Shown one piece after another: positions 32,391 through 43,780 of a DNA stretch of 57,305 nt. The notes under the pieces are model-generated. The model did no database searches. It had not been told where the DNA came from and saw only the letters and a list, made by a program, of their open reading frames with translations. Source of the DNA: a virus (lineage: Duplodnaviria; Caudoviricetes). Made by a program: the position numbers and the translations under genes. Positions within the stretch are counted from its first letter, which is position 1, and the number at the start of each line of letters is the position of its first letter. The stretch spans positions 1 through 57,305 of IMG/VR virus record IMGVR_UViG_3300021963_000150; one strand, 5' to 3'.

Positions 32391-32642
32391 ACCTCTACTG
32401 TCTCCTATTCACCCGTAAGGATTTCGTCGCTTCGTGGGTTCATCTCGTAGTAGGCGTAAAACGCCTCCAACAGAGCGTCCTTGATGTCGTTGTCAGTCCC
32501 GCCGTTGTCCTCGTTGATAGAAACCCACGCCTCACCCGTCCAGATTGGGCGACTTGTTGAGAAGTTTCCAACCTCGTCCTCAATAGTGAATGAGATAGAA
32601 CCATCGGCATTCATCGTTCCAGCGACGAGGAAACAATGTTGA

Positions 32643-32990
32643 TTAGTCAAGGTCGCCCTCCTCCATCATCACGACACGGACGCTGGCAATACGCTTGCCC
32701 CACACGGGGTCATCAACGATGACGGCATACACGGGATACACCCCGTCGCCTAGTCCTGACGAGAACGCCACAGCCGTAGCGTTGCCGATTTCTCCGAACC
32801 TCTTGTCGGACAGAGTTGCCGCACACACTCCGTTGAGGGTCATCGGGTACTTGCCCGAGGCATCGGGGCTAGAGGGATTGAAGTCATCGTCGGCAAAGTC
32901 CTTGCCGATGTAGCACGGGTCGCAGAGCATCAGTTGCCCTGAGTCCACGCCGACATACCCGATGAGTTGTTCGGTGTAGGTGATGGTCAT
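32643..32990 (-). CDS. DUF4241-like protein
   Basis: VGVDSGQL..CDP, SGLGDGVYPVY. Confidence 0.7.
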   Translation of the reverse strand: MTITYTEQLIGYVGVDSGQLMLCDPCYIGKDFADDDFNPSSPDASGKYPMTLNGVCAATLSDKRFGEIGNATAVAFSSGLGDGVYPVYAVIVDDPVWGKRIASVRVVMMEEGDLD

Positions 32991-33358
32991 ACCGCACCTG
33001 CTTCCGTGACTCGCAGGTGGTTCTCCACCCACATCTTGTAGGCATCGGCGTGAAAGGCGATGACCGACAGTTGCTCCAGCGTGAGGGGATGCGAGTCCCC
33101 GTCATACTCGCCCTTGTCGTTGAGGTGCGAGTAAACCACGCAGTTCCCAACGAGGATGCGACCGAACAGGGCGGTGGCAATCGGGTTGAGTTGTAACCCG
33201 ATGAGCAAACCCTCGTCGTGGACATAGCCCACGAGGGATTCGGTGGTGACGCAATCAAACCAACCGCCCACCTGCTCGTGGATGGTGGTGTGGTCGCCCA
33301 ACGGAATGGGCGTGATTGAGGTGTGGGTGATGAGGAGTCCTTGCGGTGTCGTAGTCAT
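32987..33358 (-). CDS. DUF3846-like protein
   Basis: VGGWFD.V, DEGLL..L..N..AT.L....LVG..V. Confidence 0.7.
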   Translation of the reverse strand: MTTTPQGLLITHTSITPIPLGDHTTIHEQVGGWFDCVTTESLVGYVHDEGLLIGLQLNPIATALFGRILVGNCVVYSHLNDKGEYDGDSHPLTLEQLSVIAFHADAYKMWVENHLRVTEAGAV

Positions 33359-34340
33359 ACCTCTACTGTCCCCTCGCCTGCCGTATGGATTTGAGTGCTG
33401 GATGCTCTCGGTACTGCTCCGACAGGATGAACACACGGGACTTCGCTTCGGGGAGAGTGTCGTAGATGCCAAGCATCGTGTCGTCCCACCCATAGGCAAC
33501 CCACGACCACGGACGGGAGAAGAACCCGTCACGCAATGGAACGGCGTAGCCAATTTTGACTTTGCCGATGTAGCAGTACGAACGCTGGTTCATTGTCCAT
33601 TGTTCACGGAAGTCGTAGTACGAGTCCCGCAGTCCGTTCAGAGCCATGTATCTCTCACTCCTGTGATTTCTACGGTTGCCACTTTCTCCATGTCCCACCC
33701 GTAGTGGTGCGACAGAATGTTCTTGGCGAGGTCAATGGCGACCCCCTCCAAAGCGTCAAAGTCTTTGGGGTCAATCTCGGGGGTGTCCTCAGGCTCAACC
33801 TCTACGGTCGTTACCAAATAGAAGTAGTCACCGACAAAGGTGATGTTCCAAGTTTGGATACTCACCGCTTGCCACCGTTCATCTCGTAGGACGGAACGAG
33901 TCCGAACTCCACACGAATCCACTGCTCGTAGGCGGTTTTGTATTCGTTGGTCAGGGCAAACGAACCCTCATCGGTCGGACGACGGAGAATCCGTCGCCAC
34001 CACACACTTGCCCACTTCGTGTAGACGGTGCGGAACTCATCGCTGGCAAGCCAACGCTGGTCGTAGAAGTCGCCCTCGTCCTGCTCCTCACGATGGGCGA
34101 GCCAACGCTCCACCCACTCGTCAAGCGACTTCTCATAGTCGCTGGTGGACAGGTACAGGTCAAGAACCGAACCCGTCACGGGCTGGTGTTCGGACAGGCA
34201 GTCTCTCTGCCAAGTCTCAAACGCCGACTGGTGTTCCTCGGAGGAGAGATACAACTCCTCCAACGCTTCCAGAGCCTCGCCGTTGCGGAGACTGTCCTGA
34301 TAGGGGGCTTCCAGCCAAGTGTCGTAGTTGCTGTGAATGT

Positions 34341-34646
34341 TCATACCCCCTCTGTCTCAGGATTGCCCGTAAGGATTTGCCGTTTCCCTTTCTTGGTTGG
34401 CTTCCTATGGCGAGATGAGACAGGCTCAACAGCCCCGTTGGTGAACTCACGGATGATTTTCCGCAGGTTATGGAGGTCATTTCTTGGGTCGGTCGGTGTT
34501 AGAGCAATCATCTGCGTCCGTCCTCCCAGACGAATCATCACATGGTTCTTTCCTGTGATTTTCAGCAAGCCACCCATCTCCGTAATCTGTCGGAGAAGTG
34601 GGCGAACTTCCTTGTCGCAGGCTCTAATGATGCTGTGGTGGTTCAT
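34341..34646 (-). CDS. HicA-like small basic protein
   Basis: G......GKNH......G......TP.D.R...N pattern. Confidence 0.45.
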   Translation of the reverse strand: MNHHSIIRACDKEVRPLLRQITEMGGLLKITGKNHVMIRLGGRTQMIALTPTDPRNDLHNLRKIIREFTNGAVEPVSSRHRKPTKKGKRQILTGNPETEGV

Positions 34647-34791
34647 TTCCCCTTCTTGTGTTGGCTCCTAATGGGAGAATTTACTAATGAGAATCGCCAT
34701 AACAATCATCAGCAGGAGGAGGATAAAGAGGTTCATGTGGTAACTCCTACGGTGGCGGAAAGCAGGCGACTCGAGGTGCGGGACTTTCGTG

Positions 34792-35145
34792 TCACAGGAT
34801 GATTTCCTGAACAATGATGGGTGTTTGTTCACCGACCCACGCACCGACGCAGTTGTAGTCAATGTATTCGGTCGCTTCGTCGTAGTCCATGCCGTCACGG
34901 GTCATTAGCACCTCAACCATCTTGTCGTATGAGTAGACGGCGAGAACAGGCTCGTTGATGCGACGAGAGAAGCCAAGAAAGGCATCCTCAAAGCCGTCCA
35001 TGAGGAGAGTGGACTCGTCCATGTCCTCCAAGTAGTCGCTGAGTTGCTGTCGGGTGGGCATTGGGGGTTCCTTTTCTAGTAGGTCGTGGTACGGGCTGGC
35101 ATCTATGTAACGGAAATGCGAGTGGAGAAGGTCATTGGTCGTCAT
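34792..35145 (-). CDS. conserved phage protein (DGF..A..G / GAWVGE.TP family)
   Basis: motifs in translation. Confidence 0.65.
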   Translation of the reverse strand: MTTNDLLHSHFRYIDASPYHDLLEKEPPMPTRQQLSDYLEDMDESTLLMDGFEDAFLGFSRRINEPVLAVYSYDKMVEVLMTRDGMDYDEATEYIDYNCVGAWVGEQTPIIVQEIIL

Positions 35146-36327
35146 CGTGCCACCTCTTGATGGCTAGCCCACCGCCGATGGTGATGAACAGAAACAGGGT
35201 AAGAACAAATCCAACCACGGCTAAACCTCCTGAGTTGCGAGTCAGCGTCGTGGGCAACAGCCCCGTGGTCGCTGAACAACACGGCGTACAAATTCCGGCT
35301 TATTCTCAGCAGGCTTTTCTTCGGGTTGTGGCTCGGGTTCACTCATTCTCCTAGATTACACCGAACCGTAGTAAAGGGCATTCAGGGACTCAATTTCTTC
35401 CCTATCATCAGACGAACACGATTGGGGCATGAAGTGATAGTAGACACTCATGGAAGGGCGGTTGCTGGCATCTTCCCAAAATTCCTCGTATTCGCTGTCG
35501 CTGAATTTCTCGGTGTCCCTATCCAGTTGTATCCATTCACCCACATCGCCAAGATAGTAAAGTTCGGTGGTTGAGAGATTGACAAAGTTGGACACACAAT
35601 CAAGTTGCGATTCGTAGTCAATGTTCGGGTCGGAGTCGCAATAGTCCCGTAGGCGAGCCATGAGCGTGTAGACATCGTGTGCTCCGTCAGGTCGGTGCTG
35701 GCGACCGTTTTCTACGACCCAGCGAACCTTTGCCATCGCTCCAATGAGAAATCTGTATTCCTTGCTGTATTTCATAACTTTCCCTAGAACAGGGTCGGTG
35801 ATTCTTCAGGCTTGCTCGTCAGACAATGCTCGTGAGCAAACACTGGTTCCTCATCAACAATTTGATAAACGGTTTTCTTGCCGATACGAACCCACGCCCG
35901 TACACGACGCAGGGCGTACTGGGACTTGTCGTCCACTTCCAACTGGCAGACAGCACAGGTAATGAGGGGTGGGAGTCCCATCGCACCACGGTTCACGGGG
36001 CTACCTCGGCTTCACGGATTTCTCGTAGCCCATCGTTGATGGTGTCCCACACGCCGTCCCACATGGCTTCGGATAGTCCCTTACGCCATGCCCAAGTGTC
36101 TTGGAACTTCTCCCACATCTCGTCGGTGAAGGGGGGTGCGTCCTTGTCGTCTGCGAGGTAGTCCTCACGCCAAGCGTCTGCCACATCGCCACGGGTTACG
36201 ACCGTTACAACAATGCCGTACTGCTTCTCCATTGAGTAGAGGTGTGTGATGAGTTCGGTCATCTGCTCGGGCGTGTACCTCAGGGGGTTCGGCTCGGGGT
36301 CAGGCTCGTCAATCGGTTCACGGAACA

Positions 36328-36687
36328 TCAGACCGTGACTTCCTCACGGAGGCGGTCGGTCACCCGTGTACCCAGCGAGGGGTCGTGAGCCTTGACCTTG
36401 ACGACCTTGCCAAGGGGCTTCACATACGAGTTCAGCCACTTACCCAACGAAAGGACGGGCTGGGTGAACAGTGAGCCAAAGATGTTGGCAAGGGTGAACT
36501 GGGTGGAGAAGTAGGCGTACTCCGACCCGTCTTTGAGGACGAACAGGATAAGCCATTCGTCCTTGTCGTCGTTGGGCTTGGAAAGGGCGACAGCCTCCAC
36601 GAACGCCGACTCTTGGGCGTAGATGAAGTAAGCCTCCCCGTCTTGCTCAACGGCGATTGCTGGAAGTGTCTCGGTTGTGGTTGTCAT
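36328..36687 (-). CDS. KTSC-like protein, distant paralog of 22296-22592
   Basis: S.FV......L.F..KDGS.Y.Y......SLGKW.N..VKP. Confidence 0.5.
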   Translation of the reverse strand: MTTTTETLPAIAVEQDGEAYFIYAQESAFVEAVALSKPNDDKDEWLILFVLKDGSEYAYFSTQFTLANIFGSLFTQPVLSLGKWLNSYVKPLGKVVKVKAHDPSLGTRVTDRLREEVTV

Positions 36688-38531
36688 GTTTCCTCTGTCT
36701 CCCTTTGTCCTGTAAGGATTTACCCGTCAGACCGCTTGGAGAACGCTGTCGCCGTTCTCGTCGGTGATGACGGTAGTCCCGAGTCCGTTGAGCGAGACAA
36801 GTGAGTCCACGCACAGGTCGCCAATCGTGACCTCGGGAACCTCATCGGTCGCACCCGTGTCGTACCACAGGCTCTCCACCGTTGCGTTGATGGGGAAGTC
36901 CGTCAGGGTGTTTATCATGTCCTCGGCGGTGAAATCGTCGGGAACATCAACATCAACCGTGATGGTCAGTTCGTAGGTCTGCGTCAGATAGACACGCTTC
37001 ATCGTGACCACCACGCTTCCAGAGCGTCACGCAATCCACCCTCGCTGTTTTCCTGCTCGGTCACATCGTCAGGCTCGTTGGCTTTCGTCAGCAGGGAAGT
37101 GAACGAGTCCATTCCCTTACAGGCGACAACACGCACACGAATACGCTCGGGGTGCTTGCTCGGCGGTACTCCGTCATCGCAGGTCGGGGAAGCCCAGCCC
37201 GTCGCAACGAGGGCAACGGCGGTCAGTCCGTTAGGACGAGGCGTACCCCAAATCAGTTCGTAGGGGTCGCTGTCCTCACCCAAGAGGTACACCCCATCAG
37301 GGTCGCACCCGTACAGGCGAGTCTCAAACTCAAAGGGGTCGCTTGCGTCACGGGCAACGAGGTCGTTCACCTTGTGGGCAACTTGCGAAAGTGTCGGGGT
37401 CATTGTGCCAATCCAATCTTGTTGAGAGCGTCGTGAATGTTGTGGAAGTAGTCGCCCCCACCCACACTCCACCCGTGGGGCAGAGCAGAGATGGTGCGAG
37501 TGGCGTAGTCGTGGAAGTTCTTGCCCCCACGCACGGTGACGGCGTACCACAAGTGGTAGTTGTAGCCCCCGTCCTCGCAGAGTCGGTGGTCATCCAACTT
37601 GCGGAAGGCGATGACGGTTTCCCCGTTGGGGAGAGCCATGCCAACCGTCAGTTGGGCGGTGGCACAGTCGTAGGTGGTTTCGGTGATGGTCATACCCCCT
37701 CTGTCCCCTCGTCTGCCGTATGGATTTGCTCGTACTCGCAACGCATCCCGTTACACGACCCGTATGACTTACAGTACGACTCGTAGTTCAGGCACTCGGA
37801 GTCACGGTTATCGTGGACAACGATGGTCTCAGAGTCCCGTTTACCGCTCCGCTTGCCCAACTTGTAGGCGATGACGGTCGTGAACAGACCCATTACTCCA
37901 ACTCCTTTGCTAGTTCAGCGAGGATTGCGTCCTCACGCTCTCGTTGTCCCATCCGCTCGGAGATGAAACTAAATAGGTCATCCTGTAAGGCAATCATCTC
38001 TGCCTTGCCCTCGTCGGATAGTGCCTCATACTCGCGGTTTGCTTCTTCCTCCCAGTTGGGATTCAGATGTTCGTCGGCTCGCAACCAGCATTCGTGAACC
38101 TCGTCCTCGGAGTAGCGACCGCCAAAGAACTTCTCGGCTTCCTTCTCAAAGTACGAGGGGAGCCACTCTTTCGTCACAAGCCAATGGCTCGTTCGGGCAT
38201 TGGTGAAACTCTGCCACGCTTGGAACAGCAGTACGGAGTTCTCCAATACCGTGATGTCGGTGTCGGGCGTGATGCCGTGCGATGCCATAATGCCGTTGAT
38301 GGTCACTTCGCCTCCTCAAAGCGATGAAGTTGTCCGCAGGGAGGGCAGAGATACAGCCCGTCCCAGTCGGAGTCCAGCGTCGGCTCCATCTCGTTCCCCT
38401 CGCTATCGCAGGGGAAGAAGCCGTCAGAGCGAGTGTCGTTTCCGCACTCGCACACAATGTCTGTTCCGTCAGGATGAATGGTGATGATGCTCATACCGCT
38501 TCTGTCTCGGGGTGTCGTGTAAGGATTTGGG

Positions 38532-38906
38532 CTAGGGATTCCACTTGTACGCCTGTTTCGGACAGATGTAATACGCTGATGCCTCGGCAGATGCCAGCCA
38601 CAAGTCCATCTCGGCTTGGTCGCTCGCCATCTCCGTAATCCACGCAACCACATTGGTCTTGCCCATGCCCCGTTCCATGAAGTCACACCACGTTTCTGAA
38701 TGCTCCAAGAGCGTGTTGTGGGTAATCATTGCTGGGACAGACACCCGTTCGTGAATGAACACAAAGTATTTCCCAAAGTCTGCTTGTTCGTCACTTGGGC
38801 TTGGTACACCCGTCGTCGGTAACGGCGACAAGGTGTCGGGGCTTGCGGTCTCGCTAACGCACCCAATGAGGGTGATGCTGGCTATGAAGGCAATCAACGC
38901 TTTCAT
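38532..38906 (-). CDS. putative lipoprotein
   Basis: MKALIAFIASITLIGC lipobox-like; its RBS lies inside the last mini-array spacer. Confidence 0.6.
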   Translation of the reverse strand: MKALIAFIASITLIGCVSETASPDTLSPLPTTGVPSPSDEQADFGKYFVFIHERVSVPAMITHNTLLEHSETWCDFMERGMGKTNVVAWITEMASDQAEMDLWLASAEASAYYICPKQAYKWNP

Positions 38907-38981
38907 GCGTTCTCCTTTCTCGGTTCTCTCCCACAAAATGACTCACTCATCATTTTCGGTTCTCTCAACGACACTGGCTTA
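38904..38981 (-). ncRNA. 2-unit TIGR-type mini-array abutting the tas stop codon
   Basis: GGTTCTCTC 38922, GACTCACTC 38940, GGTTCTCTC 38958, GGCT 38976; 9-nt spacers. Confidence 0.85.
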
Positions 38982-39866
38982 CAACTTGGGCTTTGCGTCC
39001 TCAACCGCTTTGGCGTGTGCCTCGGGGATGTGCGGAATCGGAATGTAATGGGCGTGTCCACCGTGTTCCAGTACCCACGGCTTCGGGGGCAACTTGCCGT
39101 TGTGGGCAAAGTAAGCCACCTCAAACCAATGCGACAGGAAAATCTTGGTGGCATAGCGACGGGCTTGTAGTTCTATCCGTCCCGCTGGCAACATTCCCCG
39201 TTCCAGCGTCGCTCGCAAGTCCTTGTCTCGGATGTTCTTGGAGTTCAGGGTTTCTTTGGCGAGGTCGGCGTAGTCCCCAGCCTCGTTCTTGGCGAGGCGA
39301 CGAGCCTTGTCTTGGGCGTACAACTTGCCGTAGAAGCAGTCATCTCGCTTGTGGAACTTCATAAACGAGTCGCCAATCTTGTAGCACAGAAGTTTGAGTT
39401 CGGCATTCCACGGTCGCTTCTCGCCCTTGTCCCACTTGGTATTCGGGTCTAGACCGGCGTATCGCCAAATTTGTCCGACCGTTTCCACCCGTGAGATGTC
39501 AATGTGGGCGAGTAGCCCCGCACTGATGACATGACCAATGCCGTACTGCTCCATTGCCCAACGCCCAGCGGTGTGTGCTTCGGCAAACTTCTTTAGAGCA
39601 GGCTTGACAGATTCCTCCAACACAGCCATCTGAACATGGAAGTGGTCAATGATGGTGTTGTCATCGGCGGTGAGCGAGGCTTTCTGATTGCCCATACCGA
39701 CTCGCATCTTCTGTAGGCGGTAGTAGAAGTCCACCAACGCCCTTGCTCCTGACGCATCCAGCGTCCCTGCCTTTACGAGGAGGTCTTTCTCTAGTCGCTT
39801 GGCGACCTCGGGGGCGAGAAAGTCCTCTGTCTCCATGAGGAGACTGTCGTAGTAGGAGTCGGTCAC
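38979..39866 (-). CDS. tasA: Nop/IS110-related RNA-binding protein, TasA-like (no evident RuvC or HNH domain)
   Basis: coiled-coil N-terminus (LVD.YY.LQK.R), GIG.VISAGLLAHIDI, IWRYAGLDP, PWNA.LK.LC.KIG.SF.K, ARR.A.K.FL.H; 295 aa; cognate dual-repeat array adjacent. Confidence 0.8.
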   Translation of the reverse strand: MTDSYYDSLLMETEDFLAPEVAKRLEKDLLVKAGTLDASGARALVDFYYRLQKMRVGMGNQKASLTADDNTIIDHFHVQMAVLEESVKPALKKFAEAHTAGRWAMEQYGIGHVISAGLLAHIDISRVETVGQIWRYAGLDPNTKWDKGEKRPWNAELKLLCYKIGDSFMKFHKRDDCFYGKLYAQDKARRLAKNEAGDYADLAKETLNSKNIRDKDLRATLERGMLPAGRIELQARRYATKIFLSHWFEVAYFAHNGKLPPKPWVLEHGGHAHYIPIPHIPEAHAKAVEDAKPKL

Positions 39867-40285
39867 TTCACCAACTCCTCAATCGTCTTAGCGACTCCCT
39901 TACGGCAGTCCACTCGCACGACCGGCTTGATGGTGACGACTTCCTGCTCCACGGTGGAGGGGATGAGTCCGTCCTTGACAGCCTTGTCAAAGGCATCCTT
40001 GTCCACGGTCATCTTGACGACCTGACGCAGGACGCTCGCAGGGATGAGTGCCTCCAACTTCTCCAAGTCAAAGTCACGGTTCGTGACGGCGACGCACTCA
40101 ACTTTGTGGTCGTCCACGAACACGACTTCCACGCCGTCAAAGGCGAAAGCGTCAATGACGGTCTGGCGAGCAGAGTCGTATGCCTTGCCAGCGTCGGTCT
40201 TTGCCTGCTTCGCACGGATGAAGGTGCGTCCAGCCTGCTCAGAGGGGGTTTCGGTGGTGGGGGTGGGGGTGATGATGGTTTCCAT
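39863..40285 (-). CDS. hypothetical protein translationally coupled upstream of tasA
   Basis: motif-defined start; its stop overlaps the tasA GTG. Confidence 0.7.
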   Translation of the reverse strand: METIITPTPTTETPSEQAGRTFIRAKQAKTDAGKAYDSARQTVIDAFAFDGVEVVFVDDHKVECVAVTNRDFDLEKLEALIPASVLRQVVKMTVDKDAFDKAVKDGLIPSTVEQEVVTIKPVVRVDCRKGVAKTIEELVK

Positions 40286-40442
40286 GTCTCTACTGTCTCC
40301 TATTCACCCGTAAGGATTTGCGTCCTCGGCGTGATGTTGTCCTTTCTATGTAACGAACGGTTGTGTGCGGAATGTGATTCTGTTGCGGAATAGTCCCGTG
40401 AGCAGGGATTATTCAGGCTAGGTATTACGGTGGTGGAAAGCC

Positions 40443-40652
40443 TCAGTCAAGGACGACCCAGCGGTCGCCAAACTCGGCATTTAGCCCTAAAGAGGAACCG
40501 CTGTCCCACTTCACGGACACAGTTCCCGTGTCGTCCACAAAGTCAATGACTCCCTCGTCGCCCTGACGCAGTTTCGTGTAGGGGTCGTTGGTGTACTGGA
40601 GTTGGACTCGCTTGCCAATCAAGGCTCGGAGATGTGCGTATTGGGTGTTCAC
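40443..40652 (-). CDS. DUF4314 protein
   Basis: G.RV.L....DPY..L..G.EG....VDD.G...V.WD.GS.LGL. Confidence 0.85.
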   Translation of the reverse strand: MNTQYAHLRALIGKRVQLQYTNDPYTKLRQGDEGVIDFVDDTGTVSVKWDSGSSLGLNAEFGDRWVVLD

Positions 40653-41451
40653 TCGTCCTCCTCGTAGTCGGTGATTTCGTTGCCGTTCTCGTCTTGGAAG
40701 ATGAGGTCACGCAAGTGCGTTACTTCCGCAAAGTCGTCGTAGCAGTAGTTCTCAATCCTGTCCATCACATCGGCAAGGGTGATGGGTTCATCGGATGCCA
40801 GCGGGCGAGCCCCGTTGCGGTCGTAGATGACCTCGGACTCTCGGTCGGCTTTGATTTGTTCCACGATGGTCGCCACATCATACGAAATGACTCGCATCGC
40901 ATTGACTCGTTCAGGCAGGCTCATCGGCTGTTGCTTCTCCATTCGCAATAAGCGTTGTAGGTTTCGTCGTCGTCGGGGTCAAGTCCGTTCGCTTCGCACC
41001 ACTCGTCGTAGGTCGGGTCGGACTCAAAGACTCGGATAGTCATACCTTCTCCTTGTAGATGCTCGGCAAGAAGTACCAAGAGTTGTCCGTGATGAACAGT
41101 TGTGCGTCAGCAAGCGTCGCAAACCGATTGGTCGTGGAGGACGGTTGGAGTTCTACGCACCAACCAAGACCGTCTGCTTCCTTCATGTCTGCGTCGTAGT
41201 AGATGACGATGTGGCGAACATTGAGTTCCTCGCTCATTCTCCCTCTACCTCCTCAATACACGCCGACGAAATAGCCGTGTAAATGTCGGTGTCGTCGTAG
41301 TGCTTGTAGAAGTTGTCGGCAACAGCGAACCACGCATCGTCAGTGATTTCCAGTCCACCGCCAGTGAACATCGCCTTGTGGTAGATGAGGGCGATGATTT
41401 CCTCGTCGGGGTTCAGTTCGGCGGTCAGCCGTGTGATGAGTTCGTGAACTT

Positions 41452-41838
41452 TCATAGTTCCTCTGTCGCCACAGTGTCGGTAAGGATTTTGACCCCGTGA
41501 GCCTCCATCCACCCCTCGGGCGTGAACTCTCCGCACCCGTAGTGAATCTTGGGCATGGCTCCGAATCCATCCCATACGACATAGGGAATCTCATGCTCGT
41601 TATCGCACGGTGAGCCAACGGAGATGCCGTAGCCCGTAGAGCCACCCGTCAAGCCCGTGAGGGTGTCAAAGATGATTCGTGTCGCATAGGAGGGGTCGTC
41701 CAAGCGTCGCTCCTCAGCACACTTACGCAGTCCCTCTGCGAGGACATGGCACACTTCGCTACCGCCCCAGTGCGTGTAGAGGTAGATACTCACTTCCTCA
41801 TGCGGTTGGCGAATGCCAATGTTTCCACGGTCACCCAT
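41452..41838 (-). CDS. conserved phage protein (MGDR.NI / YLYTHW.G family)
   Basis: motifs in translation. Confidence 0.7.
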   Translation of the reverse strand: MGDRGNIGIRQPHEEVSIYLYTHWGGSEVCHVLAEGLRKCAEERRLDDPSYATRIIFDTLTGLTGGSTGYGISVGSPCDNEHEIPYVVWDGFGAMPKIHYGCGEFTPEGWMEAHGVKILTDTVATEEL

Positions 41839-43547
41839 TGTCTTGCTCCTTGTGTTGCTCGTGTCCCCATTTGAGTCCATCGGTCAGAGAGACTCGGTAG
41901 GTTGCCCACAGGTCGTCGTCGTTCAGAATCCATGCTCCGACTTCATTGAGTTCGTCGTCGGTGGCGATGTAGGCACACCAACGGACGGCTTCTGCTTCCT
42001 CGCTGGTGTCCTCGGGTTCGTAGTAGCCCATACCACCCAGCAGTTCCCGTGCCTCCTCACGCAGGGCGAGAGGCGAGAATGCCATGATGTTCGGGGACAG
42101 CAGTTCGCTGACGGGCAACCCGTTGTCCTCGGCTCGCTCCACGATTTCGTGGTCGTCCAAGTGGGTTCCCGTGCCAGCGTCCTCCAAGTCCTCGTCAGGG
42201 AGGGTAACGATAAGGCACTCATCGGCAGGGATAATCGTGCCAGTTCCAGCGTGAACAATCAGTTTCATGGTTTCACTGTCCCCGTGTCCGTCGTAAGGAT
42301 TTCGTCGTAGGTAAGTCGGAAGATGGATACAACATTTATCGGCTCAAACGCATCCGTAGGGTCGTCGCCCCACGACATACCGCCCGTGATGAGCCAATCA
42401 GTCCCGTCAATGGTGCGTACATCGGTTTCACGGGAGCCACGCTCGTAGTACCCGTAGACCTCGGCAACCTTGCCCGTGAGCCACTCAATCGCTTCGGCGT
42501 ATTCATCTTCGTCAGATTCGTTGCCGAACTCCATCGCACAGTAGTTGTACATAGTGTGAAGCACATCTTCTTGCGTGAGCGACTTCAGTTTGGCAATCGC
42601 TTCGTCCTGCGTCTTACGCATCGGAATCATGGCGACGATTAGGTCAGCACCCATCAGAAATCTCCTTCGGGAGGGTCGCAGTCAAAGCACCGACGCTCCT
42701 GCGTCACGCCCGAAAGCGTGAACACATCAAACAGGGTGCTGGTGTCGTCGTGGGTATCGCACCCACACAGGTCGCAGGTCACTCGTCCTCCAAGTCAAGA
42801 GCGAGTGGCTCAATCTGCTGAAAGTGGAACAACAGCCTGTCCCAGTCGTACTCCGACCAATCGGGATGGTCACCCGTGGAGTCGGCAAAGTTGAGCAAGG
42901 CGAGCGTGTCGTCCTCGTTCCACCCCAAGTGGAGAACCGTGTTCACCATGTTGGGGGACTTGCCACGAAACTTCTCGGGCAGAGGATTGGTGCTGTTGTT
43001 GTAGTTGTACTCACAAGAGATTCGCATTCTCTCGTTCCAAGCAGGATTCCGCTCGGACAACATCTCGGAGAACTTCGTGTTACGGGTCATGCCTGTCCTG
43101 TCCCAATGTCGTCCGTAAGGATTTCGGTCAGAATGTCCTCATTGTCGGCGAGGCTCCAATACTGGTCAAGCAAGCGACAACGCTCGCACTCCTCGGCAAT
43201 GCCGTTGTTCTCAAACTCGGGAGCCTCAAAGATGAGGTACAGCATTCGCTCCGCAGGGGTCTTACGCTCCATGATGGGAGCCATCTTGGTTTCCCATTCG
43301 GCGTATTCGGGCGTTGATGAGCATTGGCACTCCTGCTTGCCAACAAAGGACTTCATTGCGTCAGCAATAACTCGCCAGTTGGGGTTGCTTGATGAATCGG
43401 TCATGTCTCCACTGTCTCCGTGTCTGTCGTAAGGATTTGCGTGTCTCGGCATACCCAATCAACGAACAATGACCGCCAAAGTGTGCGTCGCCGAGTCTGG
43501 AGCCCCGTTTGGTATGATTTACCCCTACAGGACGCAAGGAGAATGCG

Positions 43548-43772
43548 ATGAGGAAACTAACCCCCGAGGAGCGAGCCGCCAAGAAGGCTCTCGCCCATGT
43601 ACACGACGAGAACTGCGGTCATTCGGTCGCTGAAGCACCCGTAGCCGAGGAAACCCCTGCTCAAGAAGCCTCTGCCCCAGCCGAGGAAGCCCCAGCCGAG
43701 GAATCAGCCGAGGAAGCCAAGCCCAAGAAGAAGAAGAAGGCGGAAGAAGCCACGGTGGCGGAAGAAGCCTGA
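43548..43772 (+). CDS. low-complexity Ala/Glu/Lys-rich protein
   Basis: RBS AAGGAG; HVHDENCGH. Confidence 0.6.
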   Translation: MRKLTPEERAAKKALAHVHDENCGHSVAEAPVAEETPAQEASAPAEEAPAEESAEEAKPKKKKKAEEATVAEEA

Positions 43773-43780
43773 TTAGAGGC

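Noticed and set aside
31374-32450. Long plus-strand ORFs in the cassette region (also 25456-26274, 28343-29059, 19168-19971)
   Set aside because: Antisense shadows of motif-anchored minus-strand genes in high-GC DNA
38979-39866. IS110 transposase / insertion sequence
   Set aside because: No N-terminal DEDD RuvC motifs; the gene is embedded in a phage operon and followed by a dual-repeat array
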